Source: Octopus bimaculoides (lineage: Eukaryota). From it: DNA of 64,000 bases. Every line of letters starts with the position of its first letter. Position 1 is the stretch's first letter. The DNA lies in assembly GCF_001194135.2 (NCBI RefSeq), contig NC_069002.1, positions 33,991,049-34,055,048 on the forward strand. Reading direction: 5' to 3'. Shown here piece after piece: positions 24,540 to 36,799 of this stretch. Position numbers and translations under genes: made by a program. Under the pieces are notes generated by a model that did not search any database, was not told the origin of the DNA, and saw nothing but the letters and a program-made list of their open reading frames with translations.

Positions 24540-26085
24540 TATAGATGCATATCAGGGTACAGGACGTTAGAAAAATGAACTACAGACAACGGAACGAACA
24601 CATAGGAAAACAGATAGCCACCTGGAATCATTCCTTCATCAGCTGCCTCTATTCTAACTAGGAGTTTCAAAGATGGAGATAAGCAGAGAGTGTGGGGAGA
24701 GAGTCCGTGAGCTGTGTAAAGCCGGGTGTTGCATATTGTCGAGTGTAACTACAAGTATTTTGTATCTTGAGTAGGACGATTTGCGAGGATGTTATTTATT
24801 ATCCCGTTATATCGAACGGACAGAGTAAGGATAGGTAGAGTGCCCCCTAAAATTGACGAGGCATGGCTGGTAGCAGCCATCTTCTACCTTACCGAGGAAG
24901 ATGCAGAAATTTTGAAAATATCCAAAACTACGGAGATAAACTGTGGGGATATGGGTTAGAGGTAACAGTTCATATATGCCTGCCAAACCTCCATAAGATT
25001 GTGGAAGACCTGGTTATGAAGGATGAGACTAGACTGAGGATTGTTGTGGGGAGTAGACCTCCAATATGTTTTTTTTTTTGTGTGGAGTAAGGGGATAGAT
25101 GAAGGTCAAGTTTCCTCAGATATACGAGTACAAAATAACAGAAAGAGAAATTCAAGAAGAAGAGAGTACAGCCGTAGAGGAAGAGAAAACGAAGGAGCAA
25201 TTTACGGCGGCGAAAAGAAAAAAAGAACTTATAATCACCACCAAGAAGCCCCAAGGAGAAAAAAAGAAACACAAACGGAGAGAACAAGAAAGAAAAGAGA
25301 AAAAATAGAAAACCGAATGAAACATCAAGGGAAGTGCGAACGCACGAACCGCCGACTTCAACTAGCAAGGAAGAAAGAGTACGAAAGAAGAAAGGGAACG
25401 AAAGAGACAGCGAAGTAGAGAAAGATATTTATGAGGGACGAAGGGAGTGGTGAAAGATATCAAAGAACGATACCTACAGGGAGAAACTTCAGAAGCCTCA
25501 TCGTATTTGAAAAAAAGCGTCGAAATTGAAAAAAGAGTAACAAAAATGAAAAATGTTATCAGAGTGAAACTGGTAAACCGTGAAGGTAGGAAGGGTGTGC
25601 TGTTGGAGAGAGAAAGAAAGGAGAGTGGTTAGTAGAATTATTTGGAAAAAAAAAACGAGTGGAAATATCACCACTTCAGTTTAGATACGACGAACTGTTA
25701 CCTGTTGTAATTTTTGACGATATAAAGCAGTATTTGTTGTAATTTTATGTTAATGAAAAAGATAAAAGACTGTAAAGTAAAACTAATTTAAAAAAAAAAC
25801 AGTAAGATGAAGCTACTTGCTTTAGGGGACAAGTAAGTCATTTCAACCTCATTTTTATCACATTCATGATTCATCCAATATATATTTATATGTACCCCCA
25901 ATGTCTTGTTTTGTCTGTCCTTGCGGTGTCCCCTTTTTATAAAGGCCATGTGTCTAAATAAAAGATATGAAACAGTGTAAAGCCGAGAGTTGCTTCTTTT
26001 CGAGTGTAATTACAAGTCTTGTGTATCTTGAGTAGAACGATTTGGAAGGATGTTATTATCGCGTTATATCGTACGACAAATGTGC
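24540..26085 (-). mobile_element. Possible Penelope-like relic with direct repeats
   Basis: About 115-bp direct repeat, roughly 80 percent identical by eye, at about 24712-24825 and 25970-26080; CTGATGA plus a GGAAT/ATTCC stem on the minus strand at about 24625-24645. Confidence 0.3.
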
Positions 26086-26094
26086 GATAGAACA

Positions 26095-26260
26095 GATAAA
26101 TAGATAGATAGATAGATAGATGCAGATATATATATACATACATACATTTTTAGAGAGATAGAGAGATACAGATAGATGAAGATAGATAGATAGATAGATA
26201 CATACGTACATTGTTAGATAGATAAATGGATATATAGATAGATAGGTAGGTAGATAGGGG
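26095..26260. repeat. (GATA)n-rich tetranucleotide tract
   Basis: Directly visible; similar tracts at 10895-10935 and 52620-52705. Confidence 0.9.
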
Positions 26261-26439
26261 TAGTTACATCGTATACACATACGCATATGACATTGCACAT
26301 ATATATGTGCACATACATACACATGCACTCACGTATATATACACTCGACACAAAGTATCTTCTATGTCATTATGCAGAGTTGTCTCCTTTGATATTTTAT
26401 TCTACATAAAACCACACACACACACACATGTATACACAG

Positions 26440-26489
<50 letters not shown>

Positions 26490-27269
26490 TGATATATATT
26501 ATATATAGAAAGAGAGAGTGAGTGAGAGAGGGACGGATATAGAGACAAGCAGACAGCCAAACAGATAGACAAAGATTGAGAGAGAAAGAGAGGTACGCAC
26601 ACAAAGACATATTGCTAATTACTGTTAACACATTTTAGAACTGACACTCATTCGGATATCACAAAATATCGCCTAGAAAATAGGCTGCAGCAGAAATACG
26701 ACCTATCTGTCTCTCTTAGTACATGCTTAAGCTGATTATGACCTGACCTGAATGATGATCTGTGCTAAATCCGTTAATCTCCATGAATATAACACCGCAA
26801 TTCATATAAATACGATTTGGAAGAAATATAGAAGAATATCCTTTTATGGTTAAACAAAAACCTAATAGTTTGTGATTGTCATACATCTAGAATCTGATTA
26901 CTTGTGCTGAGATTATTTGTGAAACAGAAAATGCACAAACATATTGATATTGACATGAAGTAATGGAGGTGGTGCTAATAGTTGGTTGAAAAATGGAATA
27001 GCAAGTATCATTGTGTTAATGGCAGATGTTATAGAAAATGTTTATGTAAAATAAGGCATATATTTATACGGGACTGATGTAAGTTCAAGACAGAAAAAGT
27101 TAATGTAGATGAGAGGGAAAATATACAGAAGAAAAAAGTGGGTCATCGATCGAAGATTCAGAATGAAGATTGATGAGAAAAACTGTAAGACTCAGAAGGT
27201 ACGACGTACGAAACGACCAATATAAATAATATCACATTTTAGAAAGAAAGAGATCAAACCAGAAACACC

Positions 27270-27453
27270 TTTTTTCTTTTACTTGTTTCAGTCATTTGAC
27301 TGCGGCAATGCTGGAGCACCGCCTGAAGTCGAGCACATCGACCCTAGTATTTATTCCAACGGCCTCTTTTGCTGCACCGCTAAGTTACGGGGACGCAAAC
27401 ATACTGGCATCGGTTATCAAGCGATGGTGGGGGGACAAACATGGATACAGAAA

Positions 27454-27500
<47 letters not shown>
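27270..27500 (-). mobile_element. SINE family A, 3' half
   Basis: CTTGTTTCAGTCATTTGACTGCGGCAATGCTGGAGCACCGCC..CCGCTAAGTTACGGGGACG, followed by (CA)n. Confidence 0.8.
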
Positions 27501-27509
<9 letters not shown>

Positions 27510-27519
27510 ATATATATAT

Positions 27520-28017
27520 ACTCTTTTACTATTTTACTTGTTTCAGTCATTTGACTGTGGCCATGCTGGAGCACCGCCTTTAGTCGAGTAAATCGACCCC
27601 AGGACTTATTCTTTAGATNNNNNNNNNNCTTGTTTCAGTCATTTGACTGTGGCCATGCTGGAGCACCGCCTTTAGTCGAGTAAATCGACCCCAGGACTTA
27701 TTCTTTAGATGCCTAGTACTTATTCTATCGGTCTCTTGTTGCCGAACCGCTAAGTTACGGGGACGTAAACACACCACCATCGGTTGTCAAGCGATGTTTG
27801 TGGGACAAACACACACACACAAACATATATATATATATATATATACATATATACGACAGGCTTCTTTCAGTTTCCGTCTACCAAATCCACTCACAAGGCT
27901 TTGGTCGGCCCGAGACTATAGTAGAAGACACTTGCCCGAGGTGCCACGCAGTGGGAATGAACCCGGAACCATGTGGTTGGTAAGCAAGCTACTTACCACA
28001 CAGCCACTCCTGCGCCT
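27520..28017 (-). mobile_element. SINE family A, full-length young copy (includes an 82-bp assembly duplication)
   Basis: Head AGGCGCAGGAGTGGCTGTGTGGTAAGTAGCTTGCTTACC..GGTTCCGGGTTCA through tail CAGTCAAATGACTGAAACAAG. Confidence 0.9.
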
Positions 28018-28019
28018 AT

Positions 28020-28960
28020 TTATGATTCCTGAAGAAAATAAGAGAAATAATAGTATAAAACTAAATGCTAACACGCTCACAACTGAGGAAGCTGGAGGAA
28101 AATTCCAAACAAATTAATAAAAGGAGAAAAAATATTGTGCAATATCAGAATGAAAACTTTAAGGCGCAGGAAGACGCATCATCATGAAAATATTCGAAAT
28201 TTCGTTAATTGCACCTTGAAAATCCTGTAAGCTTACTACAGTGAATGAAAATAATCATCTGCTCAAAGAATTATCATCACCTCCTTCCTCCGCTGAAAAA
28301 GAAAGGACATTAAAAGAAACACCAGAAATGCATGGATCCACTTATTCTTAAAATTAAGGAATATTTAGTAAGTATATGTGTACGCAGCTTGTGGTGAATA
28401 TGCGTGCAGTTTAAGTCAGAAGGAAAAAAAGTTAATCCGAGAGAGTGAAATCCGATATTATGAATATAACGTAATATTATTTGGTCCTCGTGAGAGAATG
28501 ACGGATAAATGTGCTACAGAACGATAATGTAACGGAGCAGTAAATGGCTAAGTCCATCAAGTGTAAAAGAAAAGTATTTGTTACTGGTTCGAAACTAAAC
28601 TGACAGGAGAGAATGTCGTTATACAAATCAATTTGTAGGCCAGGCGAGTGTTCGTACTCCACGATATTTAATTAGCAGACAAATACAGAGAGCTCGGAAT
28701 CGGAGAGAGAAACTTGAAGGGTTCTCGTAAAACACAACGCCGAGCACCGTAAATGTAATTTGGAAAGGATCTTCTTAGCAACAAATCGAAAAAGAAACTA
28801 GAGGAGTGGAAGTTTGTTAAATATAGAAGAAACTTCCAGCGCTGTAATCTTGGGTTTTAAAACTTTGTTTTCAGATGTCATTGAAACACAGAGTTACAGG
28901 AAGAAGAGTCGAAGAGCGGCAGAATAAATATCGGAAAGAATTACCGAGCCGATTCATACA
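28020..28960 (+). mobile_element. Heavily decayed RTE-type LINE (RT C-terminal half)
   Basis: Stitched NG*VHQV*KKSICYW..ARRVFVLHDI, SLYKSICRP, EREKLEGF, VNVIWKG..QQIEKETRGVEVC and HRVTGRRVEER follow the order of RTE C-terminal motifs. Confidence 0.5.
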
Positions 28961-30052
28961 TACGACAAACCAGGGATATTGCAAATAAAAACGTTGGTTG
29001 TGGTGGAGAGAAGAGTTCTGAAATGAGAAACTGAATCACAAATTAGAGTCGCCCAGAAACAAGAAATTACAACGAACGAAGATGAAGACAAATATTAATA
29101 AAATTCAATGAGAGAGCAAAAGCGGAATTTGTGAGAACGGAGAAATAATAATATAGCTGTTAAATCAATGCAAAAAAACCAGCACAAAAAGAATATAGGT
29201 ACATGCATGAAAGTATCAGTGAATATTGCATCAGGTTTTACTCAAATTTGTGGATTCGAAGTTAGGTTATGTTTGGTATGAAGAAGAACCAGATACTATG
29301 ATGGTAAATTACAAATGATCTTAGAGGATTTCACTGTAGAAAGTAATATTGAAACAAGAGACACACCAAATATGACCGTGGACGTCAGGAAGAAAACACA
29401 AAAAGACAATATAAGGTCTTTGACTTTGCAATCCTGTAATGTAAAGGGAATTGACATAAAAAAAAATCTGTCATTCAAGAATATCAGAATACAGGCAGAA
29501 GAATAACGCAGGCCATACTGGTAATGATAATCGTGTGTAGCCGTACACTCCAACTTCATGCCGATGAAGTGTGTCCATATACATTTTAATTGTCCGCCAC
29601 ATTAAAGCATGTACACAAGTATGTGTATTTGCACATATGAGTGTGCGTGCGCATATATGTGTTTATGTATGCGTGAACATATATATATATTACGTGTGTG
29701 TGCGCATGTTTATACATGCGTAAATATGTGTTATTGCATATGAGTGTTGATTTGTTTGATTTTATGTGCATATCTACAGCCATGTACGTACGTTAACGCA
29801 GAGAAAGATAAGACAGAGAAAGATAGAGGAATTCACAAAGATATTATATTTAGAATCTGAGGAAGAAGAATAATTTCTGATTGCCATTGACGCAAACCTT
29901 ACCAAAGCGAAATTGTTGATGTTACTTGAGATCTTTGAAACACACTTTATCTCTCTTTTAAGAAACCTAACGTATCTTTGAACTATGATAAGACCCTCAA
30001 ACCTTTCTTAGAACATCGCTAAAAACCTAGTAAGAAACCCCCTCTCTCTCTA

Positions 30053-30087
<35 letters not shown>

Positions 30088-31047
30088 CTATCTATATATA
30101 TATATCTATCTCTCACTCGCTCTTTCTCACTTACACCGATTCTTTACAATTGGCAAATAATCAAATTTTAACTGGAGCCACACTTGATTATAACGAAGCC
30201 ATACCTAGAGGTGGGTTTAAAGAGAAAATATTTGAAAGTTAATTCAACAACACAGAACACATTATCATACGTTAACAGAACTATATAAAGGAAGAATGCC
30301 CCTAAGAACTCTCTTTTATCATAGTTGAATCTACCCAGTGGCCAGATCTTTCGTTGAATTATTGAGAAAAAAACACTTAGAAACAAAAGATAGATTCTAT
30401 CAATTTTGAACACAAAGACAATGAAAAAATTCGTATTGTACAAAACAATATTTTGCTCAAGTTCTGCTTTATTTTACCTCAGATCAACTTGGTTTAAAAT
30501 TTCACGGTAATTATGATATGATTAAAGAATGAAAACTGGAATATTCTCAACGGACAGCCTTCACTCTATAATCTAAATGCCCAAAGTAGAACATAATTTA
30601 TAATGTAACAGCCTAATATAAAATATAATTAATTAGTCGCGCACGAAGCAACGAAGCTTATAAGTTAACTGTGTGACATAAAACTATGAATATAGTTATA
30701 CGTACATGTTTGTGTACACACAAACGAGGCGAATATATTTGCTGAGAATACTATCTAGAGAGAGAAATTCTACAGATGGTCAGTGAGTATGTGAACACAC
30801 CAGTGAGTATGGATGATTTCACCCAGATATAATTAGATCTCACTGTGCTTAATTATACATGCCTATATTTTAAACTTTGCGGCATACTATGTCTCTAATT
30901 AATTATTTCCAACCTGGAAATGTTTTGTAGACATCAGCAAATTTAATATTTTCTGTTTAAATGTAAGAATGACAGTGTTTAGTGGTCTCGGGACGACGGA
31001 TTTAGGATTAGTAACAAGTGAAGCGTAACGAGGCAGAAACACGTCGT

Positions 31048-31221
31048 ATGGGCCTACTATTCATGTAAGTGCTTCTTCATATACTGTGTTTTCTGTCTTG
31101 CCATATTTATCACTGAAAATGTAGAGGCCCTTTTCATCTCCAATTCTAGAAAATCCACATACAGCTGACCATGTGAAAAGCAAGGTTGAAGGAGGTTAAG
31201 TGCCACCACCTTTAGAGATTG
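31048..31221 (-). mobile_element. Helitron PIF1-like helicase C-terminal fragment, exact copy of 38035-38208
   Basis: QSLKVVALNLLQPCFSHGQLYV[fs]FSRIGDEKGLYIFSDKYGKTENTVYEEALT*; 174 bp identical by eye to the second copy. Confidence 0.75.
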
Positions 31222-31287
31222 TCTAACTTGCTTCTCATTACATTTACCCATATATNNNNNNNNNNNNNNNNATATATATAATATAAG

Positions 31288-31375
31288 TTGTCAGCAGAGA
31301 GCCACGAGACTCGAACTCGCACCTCTCAGATACTGGCTGAGTACTCTACCAATTAGCTAAACTGTTAGCTGACAA
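31288..31375 (-). pseudogene. tRNA-like cassette (Thr, AGT-type anticodon loop), pseudogene or tRNA-derived repeat
   Basis: Minus: A box TAGCTAATTGG, anticodon arm CTCAG-CCAGTAT-CTGAG, T arm GCGAG-TTCGAGT-CTCGT. The acceptor stem is broken. The cassette is enclosed by TTGTCAGC/GCTGACAA. Confidence 0.5.
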
Positions 31376-32109
31376 TAATTTCCATCAAATTTAACAGAAT
31401 GCGCCAGCACACATATGTGGGCGGGTATCTAAGCGCCATTATAGTAGTGACGTTATAAAATTTCGTTTGGAAATAATAATATACAGCGTTTTGCGCCGCT
31501 GGAGATCCTCTTTGTTTTGCGTATTTTGCGTTAGATTTGAACGAATATATATTTGTGTTTGAAATTGTGCAGATGAAAGCAAATGCAATTGTCCGTCGAG
31601 TGGACTACACCACGAATACGGCAAGTGAAGTTTGCTTTTCTTAAGATGTATAATGAGTGTTGTACATGAAGAGTTCATTAACTTTCCTTGCCAGCAGACT
31701 AAGCTGTTTATATTTTAAAGAAAGTTATCTATATATTTCTATAAACAGTGTTGAATAGTTAAGAAAGAGATACACAAACACAATTACACATTAGGCAAGG
31801 AAATTGATAAGGTACCTCACCACCAGATCACCCGCGTAACATAGATGAATCATTACCATTCCTACATAATGACTATGGCAAGTAATACAAATATCATATG
31901 CTAACATAGAAACTAGGAAAGCCATGAAGAGACCTGAGAAACAGTAATTAATGAATATATGTCTTCGTATCAGTGTGTATATGTATACATATATATGTGC
32001 ATGTATAAGATTACGTATAATTACATACATTCATATAATTATGTGTGTGTTTACGTACACACTTAAGACAGTGTTTCAAAAAAAAAATTATTTACATTTG
32101 ATGGATATT

Positions 32110-32327
32110 TGTTCTCATCTTGGTTGTTGTTAACAAAACTTTGCAGCTGATATTCCCTCCAGGCTTCATCAGGTGTCTTGGGAAAATTTCGAAGCTGGGT
32201 TCTCGTTCCTAAGTTATTTTTCGATGTTATTATTATTATTATTATTATTCAGGTCACTGCCTGGAATCGAGCTCGGAATCTTGAGGTTAGTAGCCCGCAC
32301 TATTAACCACTACGCCATATACCCGTG
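32110..32327 (-). mobile_element. tRNA-derived SINE (family D) with (AAT)n linker and hammerhead-like 3' segment
   Basis: A box TGGCGTAGTGG, B-box-like GAGCTCGATTCC, (AAT)n, then GACAC-CTGATGA-AGCCTG..CAGCT-GCAAA-GTT. Confidence 0.65.
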
Positions 32328-32479
32328 TAAATAATGTACATAATTCCTCTTCTCTTAGATATAGAACTGTGTTTCAAAATGCTTAGAATTTTGTTTTTTA
32401 CTCTCATTCGTCGCCTTTCTCTCATTTCAGTAGCAAATTATGAACTAGCATAAACTGTTAAGTCCTGAAATTTTAGAAA

Positions 32480-32900
32480 ACGTTACTAAGATATTCCTTC
32501 TAAGTATGCTGTCGATAATGTGGGATCCCTTTCAGAGAGAAATTGAAGAGACAGAATGCAATTGGAGAAATGTCTTTTATATTATTTCCAAAACATCCTG
32601 ATAATACGGAATTTGCTTTGCTTTTTTTTTTCTTGTTAAGGAAGAGTGGGATTGTGGATAACCATTTAAATGGCCTTCAAAACTGATGGGAAGAAAAAGA
32701 TGGCATTTTCAAAGAGGGATCTGTTACAAATTCGTGCAACAAGAGTGCACTCCTTTAAAGTTATCAAAATAGCCAAGGCACCACGTTACACCACAAGGAG
32801 ACCACTGTGATTTCAGATTTGAATCGAACGTACAGGGAAAACATAGTATTATATCTGAGCCGAAGAGCAGTTTGGCTTTTGCATTCGTTTAATATGCGAT
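32480..32900 (+). mobile_element. Possible CR1/L2-like LINE C-terminal relic
   Basis: SIMWDPFQREIEETECNWR and TRVHSFKVIK weakly resemble the VW.P....I..LE.VQRRA and TRGH..KL motifs. Confidence 0.3.
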
Positions 32901-33955
32901 ATCTCAAAGGTTCAATGATAGAATTTCTGAGAGTTTCCTTTGTGCGTTACAAAACATACGTGGAAGAGATCTTTTCCGTTCTTGTTTTCTACGTGGGTTA
33001 TCTCTAGTTCATGTTGCTTCACGTAAACTGAAAACCTTACTCTCAGACATAGAAAAAAAATGCCTACACACCGTAACCTTGACGTATTTTATAAACTCAG
33101 GCATAGTGTCTTCGGGGCCATTCTCTAGGATGCTGATAATTTGGCTGCTGTTTCTAGTGGATCCGTCCGCTGCGTAGAGTTTACAAATTATTCATTTAAA
33201 AAAAAAATCGGTCATGCTGCTACGATATTGGATATTTTTTTTTACCTGTGATGGAGTTCGACAGCTCAGTCTTTGCCAGAACACTACAATCATTATGCAA
33301 ATTCCACTCATGAACACAATAATAATTTTTCATGATTCGAGATATGATATCATGAGTTTGATAGGAATGATACTGGGAGGCTGATTCTGAACCTGATATT
33401 AGATTCTCACAAGTAATTCTATAAAGTTGTTTTGCAAATTTATCTATGTTTATTAAATAATATTGAATTAAATAAAACTTGACAGAAAACGTATTTATTG
33501 CTTGAAACGAAATACTAAGAATTCAATTGATTAATTCATATGTAATTAATTTTTAACTCGTTCTTATATCATAGTTTCAATTAGATATACATAATTGATG
33601 CGTACACTTTACAGCAATTTTAAAACACGTTATAAATATGGTATTCTCTCATAAAATCTGGGATATAGTGAAATTATACCCTCGGTATCAAAATACCTGA
33701 CATGTATACAGAAACCCACAAACCTTGGTGACCCGTTTTACGTCAATAATAGTCTTCATAGAATACATTATTTTATTTATTGCTTGGTGCATTAAATATT
33801 TTGGAAAAAAATATAACTGATAAGGTATGGAACAAATATATATGTAAATTCAATACTTGCTGAAATTTAAAAGTATAAGAAATTTTGGAAAATTGGTCGA
33901 AAAATTGAAAAGCATCTACGCACGCTCGCACGTACACACATGCATATATATATAT

Positions 33956-34015
<60 letters not shown>

Positions 34016-34235
34016 ATTTGTATTTGCTTATAATTTAAGGATATAGTCATTAAAATGATTATACCAGTGGCCAGCATAAAAAAAAACACCACATCAGTAA
34101 AATTAATATTTCAGTATATTATTATAAATATATATATTTATAATGATGTACTTAAATATAAGCTTATACCGATATGGTTTTTATACGCTAATCACTGCTA
34201 TAATAATTTTAATGCCTCTATATATATTTTTTAAA

Positions 34236-34510
34236 TTGTTTCAGTTTAAAAGCTACGGTCATGCTGAGGCACCACTGTTGACTGTGCTACACCTCTGATA
34301 TCTGTCATCTGGAACCCTTTACAAGAGGAAATCCAGTTTTGCTTTGAAGACACCTGCATCCATACCATGCAGGTCTCTCACACATTTTGGAAGGATATTG
34401 AAGAGCTGTGGGCCCTTAAAACCAAAGATGTTGCCGTATCTCGTCCTGTATTTTGACGAAGATACTGGGATATTTGGCACTATGCTATAGAATGATACCC
34501 CGTTCTGGTA
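34236..34510 (-). mobile_element. CR1/L2-like LINE 3' end including its 3' tail
   Basis: IVPNIPVSSSKYRTRYGNIFGFKGPQLFNILPKCVRDLHGMDAGVFKAKLDFLL (ORF track), then a tail homologous to the SINE A tail. Confidence 0.75.
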
Positions 34511-34519
34511 TTTGGAATT

Positions 34520-34690
34520 ATATATATATATGAGCATCTTCCAGTTTCTGTCAACCAAATCCACTCACAAGTCTTCATCGGCTTGAAGCTATAGGAAAAG
34601 ACACTTGGCCAAGGTATAATGCAGTGGAATTGAAACTTGAACCATATGTTTGGGAAGCAAGCTTCTTACTACCTAACCGTACTTGCGCCT
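34520..34690 (-). mobile_element. SINE family A, 5' half, abutting the LINE fragment
   Basis: Minus AGGCGCAAGTACGG..GTAGTAAGAAGCTTGCTTCCCAAAC..GGTTCAAG..GGATTTGGTTGACAGAAACTGG. Confidence 0.7.
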
Positions 34691-34706
34691 ATAGATATAT
34701 ATATGG

Positions 34707-34746
<40 letters not shown>

Positions 34747-35365
34747 ATATGCATGTATATCCAACCATCCTCCAAAATAATATTGAAGAGATATACGTAC
34801 ATGTATCTATAAATATATTTATAGATCTCTCTATCTATCCATATATCCGTGTGTTTGTGCGTAATCCTATGAATGTATATATGTACATACATCTATACAT
34901 GTACTTATATAGTTATAAATATGTATATCTGTACATGCTTGTGCGTATGTGTATGTATTTATCTGTACATGCGTGTGTGTGTGTGTGAATGTATATAGAG
35001 AGAGTGAAACATAGAGAATGTGAAATTGGAAGAGAGATATAATAACTGATATTTGCAAATATATTAATTTGCTTCAGCAAAAGGAAAATATTACTATCTT
35101 CCAATACTTTTCTATTGACCTCTCCTTCAAATGAATCTCGGATTTTTACTTCTTTCATCATAATGTTACAATATGGATTCATTGAAGCATTCTTGTTTCT
35201 GTTGCATCATACATAAGCTAGAAAACAATGCGTATAATAAATCGTATTGTAACCTTCATCTTCGATAAATAAACACTTATTTTCTATTCTGCGTATATCG
35301 TGTATTTTCAACTCTCTTTATATCTTTATATTCTTTGCTTTTGTCATTGTTTTCACCAATATTAG

Positions 35366-35453
35366 AAGAAAGTCTCACAACATTACATTTCAAATTTTCC
35401 TGCATGGAATGAAATTGATGAGGTACTTCAATATCCCAACGGATTTTCACTCA
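35366..35453 (+). CDS. Candidate internal exon of an unidentified gene
   Basis: Long polypyrimidine tract plus TAG acceptor, CA|GTAAGT donor, open frame KKVSQHYISNFPAWNEIDEVLQYPNGFSL; no TE motif or homolog recognised. Confidence 0.3.
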
Positions 35454-36314
35454 GTAAGTCTTTCTAAGGATTCCTTGAAACAAGAATTGAATCATCAATT
35501 TTGAAGCTCATTCACTTGAGTGGATATTATGAAGGAAATTATGTTTCACGAACAATTTCATTCAAATGCATTATAGCAACCTAAGCTAAAAGGACCTTTA
35601 TGAATACAATAGCTCTTGTTATAAAGCATGATTAGTTGCTGTGGTGCTGTCACCTTTTCAATATTGGTATTGAAAAGATTCGTATTAAAATTCATATTAT
35701 CTTAATCGACAATGATATATTATGACAGCAAGCAATCCATGTAACATGGCGGTTGAACTCGCATGCTAAATGGTCTATAAGAGAGAATTAACCGTAGTAG
35801 ATGTGTAGCTGATTGCTAGACATAGCAGCTGGTGGATCCATGGAGAAAACATTGTGGAATCAATAATTGTTCCAGTACGTGGTATCGTTAACTATTAAAA
35901 ATAGCAGCCAAGATTCCTCCAACCCAATGATTGCATTTTTATATCAGAAATCACATGGGACATATTATTGTCAAATGTACAATCGAAAAATATGGGGTGG
36001 GTGGAGGTAATTATGGACCGGGAATACAGTAAAAAATACACGCGTTCGACTAGAATTTACGTATGGCTAACAACATGAAATAAAACGTATTTGCATACAT
36101 CTTCGAGGGGATTCTGAAAAGTAACTGGCATTGGTTAAAAGAATATACAAGAGGATCAGTTAATTCAACATGTTCAAGTCACAGATTCACACACATATTG
36201 CAGTGGTCCTTCAATTTTTCTAAGCTCTGTCAAAGAAAACGGAATTTTGGGCCTGCAATAAGGCTTTTCGCGATCACACTAAATTTAGTGACACTCTACC
36301 ACCGCCTCGTATAA

Positions 36315-36369
<55 letters not shown>

Positions 36370-36409
36370 CATACATACACACACCGTAGTAAGCACATAA
36401 ATGTGAAAG

Positions 36410-36528
36410 AAGGTGGAAAAAAGAGTACTCAAATACCAGAGGTAGAGTAATATGCTTTATTTAAAAGCAGCAGAAGTATAGCAAAGGCTGTTACTCAGAA
36501 TTTCACGTTCCCGTTCGTCGGGAACTAT
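36410..36528 (-). mobile_element. Penelope-type terminus with degenerate hammerhead
   Basis: Minus CCGACGA-ACG ggaa CGT-GAAA-TTC t GAG-TA-ACAG. Confidence 0.45.
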
Positions 36529-36799
36529 ATATACTATATATACTATATATACACATACATACATACATACATAAGTATAGATACATTTATATAAGTGTGT
36601 GTGTGTGTGTGTGTGTGCGTGTGTGTGTGTGTATGTGTGAGTATGTATATACGTTTGTGTTCTGTATGAGAATGGATATTCTATATGCGATAGAGTAAGT
36701 ATAAATTGGGAAAAAGGAAGAGTGTGTTACGCCCCGAAGGTTGTTTTTTTTTTCTTTAATACAATGACCATAGTGTATCTTAAGTTGAATTTCTAACAG

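Noticed and set aside
27537-27710. Perfect 82-bp tandem duplication inside a SINE
   Set aside because: The two copies (27537-27618 and 27629-27710) are separated only by a 10-N gap, typical of an unmerged contig overlap
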